DNA of 64,000 bases from Octopus sinensis (GCF_006345805.1 NC_043021.1:6262001-6326000); one strand, 5' to 3'. Counted from the stretch's first letter, positions 37,137 through 49,609 are shown. The notes: a model not told the origin generated them from the sequence alone. Program-made: numbers and translations.

Positions 37137-37365
37137 TGTTTACAGTTGACAAGATGTGCTGTCACACAAAATGACAGCTTCCCAAATCCTGTTTCGTGAA
37201 AAAAAATTTTTCTGAAAAAAAGTGAAACAACTCCAGCGATTTAGCTTTTGAATATTTAAAAAAAAGTTATTGAGGTTTAAAGTTTGATCATTTCCACCCG
37301 ATCAGGAAACAGGTTTTGGAAGCTGTCATTTTGCGTGTGACAGCATGTCTTGTCAACTGTAAACA
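37137..37365. repeat. ~60-bp inverted repeat with ~110-bp spacer (probable core of a palindromic MITE)
   Basis: 37137-37195 and 37306-37365 are reverse complements with a few mismatches and a 2-nt indel. Confidence 0.75.
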
Positions 37366-37574
37366 AAGCAAATAAATCAGGAGGGGAATTGAATTAAAAA
37401 AAAATTAAATTTATATTTCAAGCAAACACCATTTTCCCATATTACTTCATATTTAAAAAAAAACTACCATTCGATAAATTATACAAATCTCACATTTTAT
37501 ATCTCTGAAGAGCAGAAGATTTGTCTATAAATGCTTATCAATATAGGATTTCCATTTTAGGGACAGCACTTCTG

Positions 37575-37940
37575 CAAAACGATCGCGGTTTCGATTCCCC
37601 GACCGGACATTGTGTGTGTTTATTGAGCGAAAACACCTAAAGCTCCAAGAGGCTCCAGCAGGGGGTGGTAGTGACCCCTGTTGTACTCTTTCGCCCCAAC
37701 TTTCTCTCACTCTTTCTTCCTCTTTCTTGTCCCCAACCTCCTACGCAACCGCTGAGCCTGGATGCGCATTCATTCATCCATCCGTCGATGCTCTCGGTGT
37801 TGGGGGGGTTGACCTGCTTTCTCTTCTGTGGGTCTTACGAATAGCAAAGGACCGTGTTTTGGACTTCTCCCATTACAGAGGCGCGATCTTGTGAGCTCTG
37901 GGACGAAGACCACTTCGCTCAACAGCAACAGCAGCAACAG
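37575..37940 (+). mobile_element. tRNA-derived SINE sharing its core with 31998 and 38200 but with a different tail
   Basis: B box GGTTTCGATTCC, core ACACCTAAAGCTCCA...CTTTCGCCCCAACTTTCTCTCACTCT, and a (CAA/CAG)n end. Confidence 0.75.
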
Positions 37941-38199
37941 CAATACCCATGTGAAATACAAGGTAAAGAACATTTCATTAGTGCAGCATTTCTTGAGCTG
38001 CTAAGATTTTGAGTGGGGGTTGACATTGGACCGTAGTTCAAATGTATTCACTAATGAGTATGCTGGTTCCTCATATTTTAATTACAATTTGCTGAGGTGG
38101 TTGTTTATTACGAAAATTAGCCTAATTGACTTTTTTTATCTCACATTTACTGCAATTTCCTTGTTTTGCCATTCCACTTTTTAATTAGTCTATAAATGG

Positions 38200-38537
38200 A
38201 AGCACTCCGTCGGTTACGACGATGAGGGTTCCAGTTGATCCAAATCTACGGAACAGCCTGCTCATGAAATTAACGTGTAAGTGGCTGAGCACTCCACAGA
38301 CACGTGTACCCTTAACGTAGTTCTCGGGGGATATTCAGCGTGACACAGAGAGTGACAAGGCCGGCCTTTTGAAGTACAGGTACAGCAGAAACAGGAAGCA
38401 AGAGCGAGAGAAAGTTGTGGTGAAAGAGTACAGCAGGGATCACCACCATCCCCTGCTGGAGCCTCGTGGAGCTTTTAGGTGTTTTCGCTCCTATGACCAC
38501 GAGTCCGCTGCCCTAACCACTGGGCCATTGCGCCTCC
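38200..38537 (-). mobile_element. tRNA-derived SINE (head deletion), S3-type tail
   Basis: Minus-strand head TGGCCCAGTGGTTAGGGCAGCGGACTCG; core as in 37575; tail as in 20455. Confidence 0.8.
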
Positions 38538-38921
38538 ACAGTCTATAAATAAGGTTCTCACGGGTGGTTTTTCCTTTATTGAAAATGACAGTCAAACTTT
38601 AGTTTTGAGCAATTGTTAACCCAATACCAAATTATACACACACATGGTTTTGCTCTGGCCTCTGTCTTTATATTTTTCCCAGGTACTCCCACCCACCGTT
38701 ATATAAATGCCGAATAACCACATATCTTTTCTATAGCAAGACACTTCTGCTGGTCCCTAGCATAGAAATCACCCTTCAACCCTTTCAAATATTGCCCCCT
38801 CTTAGTTGACTGGGCTCTTCCTTTTCTCCCTTTTCTTTTTATTTTTAGTCTTGCAGTGCAAGTTATTTGGAAACCTTACTAGTGTTGGTGGTATGAAAAA
38901 AGCACCCACTACACTCTTTAG

Positions 38922-39371
38922 CCCTTTTGTTACTGTATTTATTTTGAGATGCTCTGTGTTTCTTTCAATTACTGTAACTCTTTAGTGTTCACATTATTCT
39001 GCCAAAATTAATGCCTTTTCATCCACATTGTTTTGAACTAATCATTCATTATCTTGTAGCTATGAGATTTTGATGAGGTAGCTGTTAATTTAATTTTTAA
39101 AACGATATTGTAGGGTTGGTGTGAGAGACCAGATTTGGCCAGTTTGAAGATAAAACAGGCAGAATACTTTTGGCCGTATAGGGCCGGTTTAAATGCTAAA
39201 GGGTTAAATATAACAAAGAATTTAGTAAAATAACTTAGTTATCATTCAGCTAGTGTTAAGAACCTAAATTGTGACTAAGGTTTGGTGGAAGATTTTAATT
39301 CAAAACTTATGAAAACAAGACATTTGTACTCAGAGCTAGAGCCGGTTTCAGCCAGGATGGTAATAAAAGGG
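38922..39371 (-). mobile_element. piggyBac-like MITE B containing a nested MITE A (38978-39203)
   Basis: B ends are TTAG|CCCTTTTGTTAC and GTAATAAAAGGG|TTAA. A is inserted at B's internal TTAA, and the whole sits inside an RTE 3' fragment. Confidence 0.85.
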
Positions 39372-39993
39372 TTAAAGTGGTTGGCATTAGGAAGGATCTC
39401 CAGCTGTAGAAACCATGTCAGAGGGGTCATGGAGTACAATGCAGCCATGTGACTCACCAAATCCTGTCAAAGTACCCAACACATGATAACATAGAAAACA
39501 GACATTAAATGATAATGACAATGATGATTATGTTATTTATATATATAACAATGATAAATCTCAGAGCGAGTTATAAACAGTAGCGGTAACACATCGTGAC
39601 GCATATTTGCCATTTGAATATGGCTAACCCCTAAGGGTGGATGCTACTGTAGTTTGTAGCCCCAGGAAGATATCTCCTCCAGCTGGCTATAGACACACTA
39701 TCTGTGTCCTCTCAGGACACAGATTTGCCATATTTAAATGGCAAATATGCGTCACGATATATATATATATATATATATACATACACACACCCTGTGTGTG
39801 TATATATATAAAGGATATACCAATACAACATTCTAATATCCTAAAGCTGATGAACCAACTAATGTGTTTCTCCATTTTCTTATTTGTAATATAAATTAAT
39901 GGTAAAATATTTATTTACCTTCCCCCATTTAATACAAGAACGGTGGAGACCATGATTTTGAAGTTTGGGCTTGATATATACGTATATTCGTAT

Positions 39994-40387
39994 ACTCTTT
40001 TACTTGTTTCAGTCATTTGACTGCGGCCATGCTGGAGCACCGCCTTTAGTCGAGCAAATCGACCCCAGGACTTATTCTTTGTAAGCCCTGTACTTATTCT
40101 AGCGGTTTCTTTTGCCGAACCGCTAAGTGACGGCGACGTAAACACACCAGCATCGGTTGTCAAGCAATGCTAGGGGAACAAACACAGACACACACACATA
40201 CATATATATATATATACATATATATAACAGGCTTCTTTCAGTTTCCGTCTACCAAATCCACTCACAAGGCTTTGGTCGCCCCGAGGCTATAGTAGAAGAC
40301 ACTTGCCCAAGGTGCCACGCAGTGGGACTGAACCCGGAACCATGTGGTTGGTAAACAAGCTACTTACCACACAGCCACTCCTGCGCC
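39994..40387 (-). mobile_element. S1 SINE, full length
   Basis: Reverse complement of the S1 consensus. Confidence 0.92.
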
Positions 40388-40711
40388 TATGTTAATAAAT
40401 ATATATAAACACACACACACACACACACACATTTCAATATTTCACATTTAAAGTACTAAATAGATGCACATATCCATACACCGCCAAACGCTAAAATGCC
40501 AGGCATAATCCATTGAAGGTTTGTGGTGTTTCTTCAGCAACAGGCAGAGATAATTTGGGAAAAGGAGAGTTAACTAGGAGATTGGAATGTGACAAACTTC
40601 CACATTGCGCTAGGAATGAGGGTAAGTGAGCAGGTGCTGGGAGTGTATATAGATTGAGGGTTAGGGGTGCGGGGACGGGACGCCTACTGGGATTACTTTC
40701 ACCACTCCTCC

Positions 40712-40754
<43 letters not shown>

Positions 40755-40857
40755 TCTCTTGTTACCATCATCATCATCATCAACTGCAGGAACTAAACTA
40801 TTAAGATCACCAACGCCGCCAACGCCAATGTTAATAAAATAACTGCTAGCAATACAT

Positions 40858-41408
40858 CACCACCTCCACCACCACCTCCACCGCCACCACCTCCACCACC
40901 ACCACCACCACCTACACCACCACCACCACCTACACACCACCACCTCCACCGCCACCACCACCTCCACCACCACCACCACCACCACCTCCACCACCACCAC
41001 CTACACCACCACCACCACCACCACCACCTCCACCTCCACCACCACCACCTACACCACCACCACCTCCACCTCCACCTCCACCACCTCCACCACCACCACC
41101 TAACCTCCACCACCATCCCTCCCACCACCACAACCACCCCACCACCACCACCTCCTCCACCTCCACCACCACCTCCACCACCACCACCACCTACACCACC
41201 ACCACCTCCACCACCACCACCTCCACCCCAACCACCTCCCCACCACCACCACCACCACCTCCACCGCCACCACTCCACACCACCGACCACCCTCCACCGC
41301 CACCACCACCTCCACCACCACCACCACACCACCTCCACCACCTTCCACCACCTCCACCTACACCACCACCACCTCCACCACCACCACCACCACCAACAAC
41401 AACAACAA
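40858..41408. repeat. (CCA/CCT)n trinucleotide tract ending in (AAC)n
   Basis: About 550 bp; the source of the poly-G/W/V pseudo-ORFs. Confidence 0.97.
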
Positions 41409-41531
41409 TGATAATGTAAGATGAACTAAGCTACCATATAAATAGTATATAAAATACACCAGTTGTATATATGCATGTGTGTGTGTATGTGTGTATATGT
41501 TTATGTATATATCATCATCATGATCATCAAT

Positions 41532-41569
<38 letters not shown>

Positions 41570-41963
41570 GCTCAACAACGAACCACTTCTGGCCCTCTTT
41601 GATGAGAGGTACTTTGCTGACTGGCTTGTTAGCAAAGTGCAAGCTTGTCTTTGGGGTAAGAGGCTTGCTTCCCAACCACATGGTTCCAGGTTCAGTCCCA
41701 CTGTGTGGCATCTTGGGCAGGTGTACTCTGCTATAGCCTTGGGCTGACCAAAGCTTTGTTAGTGGATTTGGTAGACGGAAACTGAAAGAAGCCTCTTGTA
41801 TGTATATTATATATTATATATATATATATATATATCTCATCATCATCATCATTTAGCGTCCGCTTTCCATGCTAGCATGGGTTGGACGGTGCAACTGGGG
41901 TCTGGGAAACCAGAAGGCTGTACCATTTGTGTATATATATATATGTGTATACATATATAATAG

Positions 41964-42007
<44 letters not shown>

Positions 42008-42066
42008 TATATATATTTGTGTGTATATTAGTTATATATATGTGTGTATATATATATATATATATT

Positions 42067-42097
<31 letters not shown>

Positions 42098-42325
42098 TTG
42101 TGTATATATATATATATGTATATATATATATTATTGTGTATATATATATAATATGTATATTATATAATATGGTGTGTTGTGTGTCTATGTTTGTTCCTCT
42201 ACCATTGCTTGACAACTGAGGCTTAAAAAGAATAAGTCCTTGGATCCATTGTTTGACTAAAACCCCTTAAAGTAGTGCACCAGCATGGTCGCAGTAAATG
42301 ACTGAAGCAAAGTGAAAGAATAAAA

Positions 42326-42373
<48 letters not shown>

Positions 42374-42587
42374 TGTTGGTTGTGTATATATATTTCTTTT
42401 CCTCTGTCTTCCCTTCTCTGGATCTTTCCTCTCCTATGTTTCCAACGAAGAGCTCCGCTCGATCCGTTAAACCCTCCCCTTTCCTCCTGAGCGTCCAATA
42501 ATATTATATTTGTTCCACGTCCTCATGTTGTTGTTTTTTTTGTGCTTTCCTGTTTGGATTAACTTTATATATATATATATATATATG

Positions 42588-42653
<66 letters not shown>

Positions 42654-43074
42654 ATATATATATATATATGTTGTGTGTGTATGTGTATACATGTGTTGCT
42701 ATTTGATCTCTAATATAATGCCATTAAGTATTTCCCTGATGCCTTGTTGTGCTTAAGGCATCCAATTACACTCGAAACATCCCATGCTGTGGATCCAGAC
42801 AACCACAACAGCAAAATGTAGAACGGGATATGGGGTGGGGTGGGGGGCGAGATGATATAAACTGGTGTTTATTGCAATTTCTCTTACATTTGCTGTGTAA
42901 TATCATAACCAGTGATACTAATAAGTTAAGTGGTAACCCCTAAGCACCGTACTGGAAGCAGAATGGATGAGGATAATCAACATGGAGATCTGAACTCAGC
43001 TGTAGCAGCCATACATTCAATTGGATACGCAAGATACACTCTCTGACTCTCTCTCTCTCTATATATATATATAT

Positions 43075-43790
43075 CATCATCATCATCATCATTTAACGTC
43101 CGCTTTCCATGCTAGCATGGGTTGGACGGTTCAACTGGGGTCTGGGGAGCCCGAAGGCTGCACCAGGCCAGTCAGATCTGGCAGTGTTTCTACAGCTGGA
43201 TGCCCTTCCTAACGCCAACCACTCTGAGAGTGTAGTGGTGATTTTATGTGCCACCACGACACAGGTGCCAGACGAGGCTGGCGAACGGCCATGCTCGGAT
43301 GGTGTTTTTTTATGTGCCATGTGCCACGACACACAGGTGCCAGACGAGGCTGGCAGACGGCCACGCTCTGATGGTTTTTTGTTTTTATGTGCCACCGACA
43401 CAGGTGCCAGATGAGGCTGGCAAACGGCCACGATCGGATGGTGTTTGTTACGTGCCCACAGCACATATATATATCATCATCGCTTAACGTCCGTTTTCCG
43501 TGCTAGCACAGGTTGGACGGTTCGACCGGGGTCTGGGAAGCCAGGAGGCTGCGCCAGGCTCCAGTCTGATCCGGCAATGTTTCTGCAGCTCGATGCCCTT
43601 CCTAATGCCAACCACTCCAAGAGTGTAGTGGGTGCTTTTTACGTGCCAGGGGAGGCTGGCAGCGGCCACGATCGGTTGGTGCTTTTTACGTGCACCGGCA
43701 CAGAAGCCAGTCAAGGCGGCGCCGGCATCAGCCATGTTCGGATGGCGCCTTCCACGCACCACCGGCACAGGCATCACAACTACTATTTCC
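43075..43790 (-). mobile_element. Two tandem RTE 3'-UTR fragments with internal ~64-bp subrepeats
   Basis: (CAT)n followed by TTTAACGTCCG at 43075 and 43475; GTGCCA...CAGGTGCCAGACGAGGCTGGC repeated three times; matches the reverse complement of 63180-63457. Confidence 0.85.
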
Positions 43791-44612
43791 ATTTGATATA
43801 TGTATGTATATATACATGCACATGCAGGTTGGGCCAAAGGTTATGCACCAATAAGTTCGATATGCATTGGAATTGTCAAGGATTTGGTTCAGTTTTTCAA
43901 AAATTGAAAGTAATGAAGACTACATACATACCTGTACATTATAAATAAAACGAATAATAATAATAATAATAATGTGCATCTCTGATCACGAGCAGAAGTA
44001 GTGGGGGAGCATCATAGCCATGTGTTGAGAGGGATTCTTTGGGGTTTGAATAATTCACCTCTGGAAACATGGGTGGCTCTTTCAACATCCTTAAACAACC
44101 CTTATTCAGGGACCTTTTGAGTGGGATGGGCTACTCGACCTGAAGAAAATTCTAACTGGGCCCCACCTGCAAGGTCATGTGCTGTTTATCTTGATATGAG
44201 ATCACCATGTCACGCACATATGGTTGTGATGCATGTGCCTGTTGTACCCTTATCAGACGGGTAGTCATGATGGGTATATTGGCTTCGTATATTTTACCCC
44301 AGTGTCACTTTGATGGCATGAACTGCTCTCTCACTCAATAATAATAATAATAATAATGATGATAATAATAGCAATAATAATGTAATTTAAATAAAGTGTC
44401 AAATGTTTTGGTATGTGATTGATTCTTGGCCTACCTTTTATATATATATATATATGGGTAGGATCCAAGTGTAGGAAGTTAGTAAGCTTCAAGCAGTCCA
44501 TGGCAGGTATAGAAAACAAAAGGTGGAACATGTATGTTTAGGAACAATAACAATTTATTGGCATCGAAGGTTACACACATTTTTACCCATATCATATATA
44601 TACTTTATTTAA

Positions 44613-44833
44613 CCTTTTCGTTACCAACCCGGCTGAAACTGGCTCTGGCTCTGTAGTACAAATGTCTTGTTTTCATAAGTTTTGAATTCAAATCTTCCAC
44701 CAAACCTCAGACACAATTTATGTTCCTAACACTAGCGTAATGATAATGAAGTTATTTTACTAAATTCTTTGTTATATTTAAAATAATTGAAAGAAACACA
44801 GAGCATCTCAACAGAAATACGGTAATGAAAGGG
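44613..44833 (+). mobile_element. piggyBac-like MITE B, uninterrupted
   Basis: TTAA at 44609-44612 and 44834-44837; CCTTTTCGTTACC / GGTAATGAAAGGG ends. Confidence 0.88.
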
Positions 44834-44872
44834 TTAAAAGCAGCAGAAATATAACAAAAGCTGTTACTCAGA

Positions 44873-44909
<37 letters not shown>

Positions 44910-45154
44910 GTGTGTGCCCTTATCTTTCTGTATGTCCTCCTACTGCCACCACTTAACAACTGGTGTTGGCTTGTTTACACACTTGTAACTTAGCAGTTTT
45001 CGGAAAAGAGACTGATAAAATAAGTACTAGACTTAAAAAAAAAAAATTAATACTGGGGGCAATTTTTGGGACTGAGCCCTTCAAAGCAGTGCCCCAGCAA
45101 AAAAGTAAAAGGTAAGCACTTGACCATGATATTCTCCTGAATTTGTTTCTAGAC

Positions 45155-45604
45155 CAGTGGTCCTCAACCAGGGCCCACATGACCCTTGGGGGGGGGGGGC
45201 ACATAAGATTTTATTGTTAGTTAGTTTGTTAGTTAATTTTTTGGCTCAAAAAGCAAAAAGCAAGGCCATGTAGGGGGACATGGAGTTATGTACGGGGTGG
45301 TGTTCATATAAAGAGTTCAGGCCACTTGAGGTCAAGGGAGACTTTGAACCGAGCGGTCGTCGGCATCTTCACCATTTTGTCTGGCAGCTTATTCCACGGA
45401 TCCGCAAGTTATGTGCAATAGATTGCCTATATTTCTGCAATATACAAAATATTATATCAGTTTATGTATATAATTCCTAATAGTACTTAATTATAAAATA
45501 CACCAGGATTTTTTTATATATATCCACTGAATGGCTGTGGAGGTCCAGGACAGAAAATAGGAATCAAAGGATCCATAGGCCAAAAAAATGGTTGAGAACC
45601 ACTG
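45155..45604. mobile_element. hAT-Charlie MITE with nested CR1 3' fragment (45216-45407)
   Basis: TIR CAGTGGTCCTCAACC / GGTTGAGAACCACTG; TSD TTCTAGAC / TTCTGGTC. The empty-site version of the junction is at about 60170-60260. Confidence 0.85.
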
Positions 45605-45621
45605 TTCTGGTCCAAGAGTAT

Positions 45622-45655
<34 letters not shown>

Positions 45656-46139
45656 TCAGTTTGTTTTGTGCTATATATAACATACTGGGCTGTCCTTGAG
45701 GTCATTTTCAGTAATGTTTCAGTTTTGCTAAGACAAGAAGTCGCTAAGTCCCTTGCCTGACCTTTCTCAGTTTCTGGGAAAAGCTGTGAGTGATCCCTGA
45801 CCTGTAGTTCTTCTCATACCAGCAGACCTAAAAGAAAAAAAAAAAAAGAAAAAAAGAGCAGCAACCACAAGAAGAAGAAGAAGAAGAACAGCAGCAGCTG
45901 AAGAATGTCAGTGATGTGGCGAGAGGAAGGGGGTCCGGGAGGGTGGGTGGTTTTATCTGTTTTGGAATCTTTTTGATATATTCTAGGCTTTCAACACCAT
46001 CAGATGAAGAAGCAGTGCACATGCGGCCAGCCAAAGCTTGTAGTATCTTGTTCTTATCTGCAGACATGGAATGGCATTGGGAGACGGAGGAGGAGGTGGG
46101 GGTGGAGGTGGAGGAAGGCAAAGATATGGACTGAGAAGC

Positions 46140-46151
46140 ACACACGCACAC

Positions 46152-46193
<42 letters not shown>

Positions 46194-46297
46194 TCATGCA
46201 CACTCACGCACACATTCAAATGTGTTTGTGTGTCCCCTCAAATATGCATTCATGTGCACGATTCATTCTCAAACACACATATACTCATGTACAGACA

Positions 46298-46328
<31 letters not shown>

Positions 46329-46378
46329 GCACGTGTACAGACATACACACACACACACACACACATGCACGTGTACAG

Positions 46379-46409
<31 letters not shown>

Positions 46410-47130
46410 TGCACGTGTACAGACATACACACACACACACACACACACATGCACGTGTACAGACATACACACACACACACACACATGCACGTGTACAGAC
46501 ACGCACACACACACACACATACACGTGTACAGACACACACACACACACACACATGCACGTGTACAGACACGCACACACACACACACACATACACGTGTAC
46601 AGACACACACACACACACACCACACACATGCACGTGTACAGACATACACACACACACACACATGCACGTGTACAGACATACACACACACACACACACATG
46701 CACGTGTACAGACATACACACACCACCACACACATGCACGTGTACAGACATGCCACACACACACCACACACATGCACGTGTACAGACATGCACACACACA
46801 CACACACATGCACGTGTACAGACACACACACACACACACACATGCACGTGTACAGACATGCACACACACACACACATGCACGTGTACAGACATACACACA
46901 CACACACACACACACATGCACGTGTACAGACATACACACACACACACACACACATGCACGTGTACAGACATACACACACCACACACACACACATGCACGT
47001 GTACAGACATACACACACACACACACACACACATGCACGTGTACAGACATACACACACACCATGCACGTGTACAGACATACTCACACACATATGCACGTG
47101 TACAGACACACATACACGCACACTCACATA
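46140..47130. repeat. Minisatellite: constant CATGCACGTGTACAGAC core separated by variable (CA)n
   Basis: 22 CACGTG-containing units counted between 46326 and 47107. Confidence 0.95.
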
Positions 47131-47770
47131 CAGGGTTGGCCAAAAGTCACCCGACAGTAAATCAAAATTCCATAAATACTTAATATTCAATTTTATTTAT
47201 TCATTTCAATTATGAATGTTTAATAATTGAATGCTGTGAGTTAGGCGCAGGAGTGGCTGTGTGGTAAGTAGCTTGCTAACCAACCACATGGTTCCGGGTT
47301 CAGTCCCACTGCGTGGCATCTTGAGCAAGTGTCTTCTGCTATAGCCCTGGGCTGACCAATGCCTTGTGAGTGGATTTGGTAGACAAAAACTGAAAGAAGC
47401 CTGTCGTATATATGTATGTATATATATATATGTGTGTGTGTGTGTGTCTGTGTTTGTCCCCCTAGCATTGCTTGACAACCGATGCTGGTGTGTTTACGTC
47501 CCCGTCACTTAGCGGTTCGGCAAAAGAGACTGATAGAATAAGTACTGGGCTTTCAAAGAATAAGTCCCGGGGTCGATTTGCTTGACTAACGGCGGTTCTC
47601 CAGCATGGCCACAGTCACATGACTGAAACAAGTAAAAGAATAAAAGAGTAAAGAGAGTTAAAATCACCGTTTATTTAGATATTTAAAAAAAAATTCATTG
47701 AGTTGTTAAAATAAATCTTGGAATGAAATGGTTTTGATTTACTGTCAGGTGATTTTTGGCCAATCTGGTG
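47131..47770. mobile_element. Tc1/mariner MITE with a nested S1 SINE (47244-47660)
   Basis: ~30-bp TIR CAGGGTTGGCCAAAAGTCACCCGACAGTAAAT and its inverted copy at 47738-47767; TA at the left end; the SINE is flanked by GAGTTA. Confidence 0.8.
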
Positions 47771-48484
47771 TATGTATAATTGACAGAAGACAAAGCGGTA
47801 TTTCTTCTGTCTTTACGTTCTGAGTTCAAATTCCACTGAGGTCGACTTTGCCTTTCATCCTTTCGGGGTCGATAAATTAAGTACCAGTTACATACTGGGG
47901 TCGATCTAATCGACTGGCCCCCTCCCCCAAAATTTCGGGTCTTGTGCCTTTAGTATAAAATGATATGTGTGTATGTGTGTGTGTGCATATGTGTGTATTT
48001 TTTCTGTCTTTACGTTCTGAGTTCAAATTCCGCTGAGGTCGACTTTGCCTTTCAGCCTTTCAGGGTTGATAAATTAAGTACCTGTTTCGCACTGGGGTCG
48101 ATCTAATCGACTGGCGCCCTCCCCCAAAATTTTGGGCCTTGTGCCTTTAGTATAAAATGATGTATGTGTGTGTGTGTGTATATCTTCGTCATATAACATT
48201 TTAAAGGTATTTGAATAGTGAAAGCACCAAGGTAGGGTCGGTGATCGCACGACTGTGCAATCAAAGTATATTGACAAATATGTACTCACTGAAATAAACA
48301 CAGATTTGTTGCTCCAGTTATGCATATATTCACACTGGTTGACTGAATACATTAGAATTCATCAAGGTCACACCTGGGTACACTCACTGCACCTATTGTA
48401 CTGCTCACTGTAGACTCCGGATTGGAACGAATTGCAGGTTCTGGGTTAGGTGAAGAATAAATAACAACAACAGATGGATTGTGG

Positions 48485-48580
48485 TTCATTACAGCTGTTT
48501 CAGACGTGTTTTTTAATTGACGAATGGAAGTGTTACATCATGTAAAAACAAAAACAAAAAAATTGTTTTCATCAGGTGAA
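48485..48580 (-). ncRNA. Partly decayed type I hammerhead with a long stem II insert
   Basis: Minus strand: TTCAC CTGATGA AAAC ...about 60 nt... GTCT GAA ACAGCTGT A|ATGAA. Core intact, palindromic stem III, GUA triplet, stem I 4/5 bp, stem II 3/4 bp. Confidence 0.55.
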
Positions 48581-49061
48581 TACAGGTAAAAATTAACAAT
48601 TAGAACTTCTCAAAACAAGGACATAGCATAATATGACTCAATTGATCCAAATTCAGTCAGAGAGGGGAAAGCTATGGGAACATAAACAAACCAACACAGG
48701 TTGTCAAGCGGTAGTGGGGGACAAACACAAACACACATACGGAGTTTCCATCTACTAAATCCACTCACAATGCTTTGGTCAACCCAAGGCTGTAGTAGAA
48801 GACTTATAATGAGGAACTTGTTAAAGCACCTGGATCAGGGTGGGAAGTATAAGGAAAAGTATAAGGAAGTAAATGGAGAGAGAAACTAAAACAAGGAGAG
48901 AGAAGGGGCTGCATGATCTCGTTTGACCCCGTAAAGGGTTACAAATAAAAATGTTGTTTCTGAATATTTAACAGGGGTCTTTAAATTGATAAACAAGAGT
49001 AACGAAAAGAAATGGTTGGGAGAAAACAGATACATACGCATACATATACATTTGTATACAT

Positions 49062-49236
49062 GGCGCAGGAGTGGCTGTGTGGTAAGTAGCTTGCTTACCA
49101 ACCACATGGTTCTGGGTTCAGTCCCACTGCGTGGCACCTTGGGCAAGTGTCTTCTTCTATAGCCTCGGGCCGACCAAAGCCTTGTGAGTGGATTTGGTAG
49201 ACGGAAACTGAAAGAAGCCTGTCGTATATATGTATA

Positions 49237-49278
<42 letters not shown>

Positions 49279-49487
49279 TTGTGTGTCTGTGTTTGTCCCC
49301 TTAGCATTGCTTGACAACCGACGCTGGTGTGTTTATGTCCCCGTCACTTAGCAGTTCGGCAAAAGAGACCGATAGAATAAGTCCTGGGCTTACAAAGAAT
49401 AAGTCCCGGGGTCGAGTTGCTCGATTAAAGGCGGTGCTCCAGCATGGCCGCAGTCAAATGACTGAAACAAGTAAAAGAGTAAAGAGA
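49062..49487 (+). mobile_element. S1 SINE, full length
   Basis: A and B boxes and tail intact. Confidence 0.92.
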
Positions 49488-49609
49488 GATACACACACAG
49501 ACATATAAATGGATAAATCTACTTACACCTGTATAGGTATACACTGCATTCCTTCCTCAAGTGTTTCCTTTCCAACTTTCCTCCTCTTTGCTTCCAACTC
49601 TCTGTACAC

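Noticed and set aside
40540-40627. Possible exon ending at the G|GTAAGT donor at 40621; similar weak candidate near 45987-46040
   Set aside because: Short, no recognisable homology and no partner exons; splice-like motifs are common by chance.
40660-40666. Telomeric TTAGGG
   Set aside because: Single copy, not an array.
43975-44340. ~365-bp segment bounded by (AAT)n on both sides, probably an interspersed repeat
   Set aside because: Only one copy in the window, with no diagnostic termini or coding motif; cannot be classified from this sequence alone.
46326-47107. CRISPR-like repeat/spacer appearance
   Set aside because: The spacers are just (CA)n of varying length, there are no cas genes, and the context is eukaryotic.
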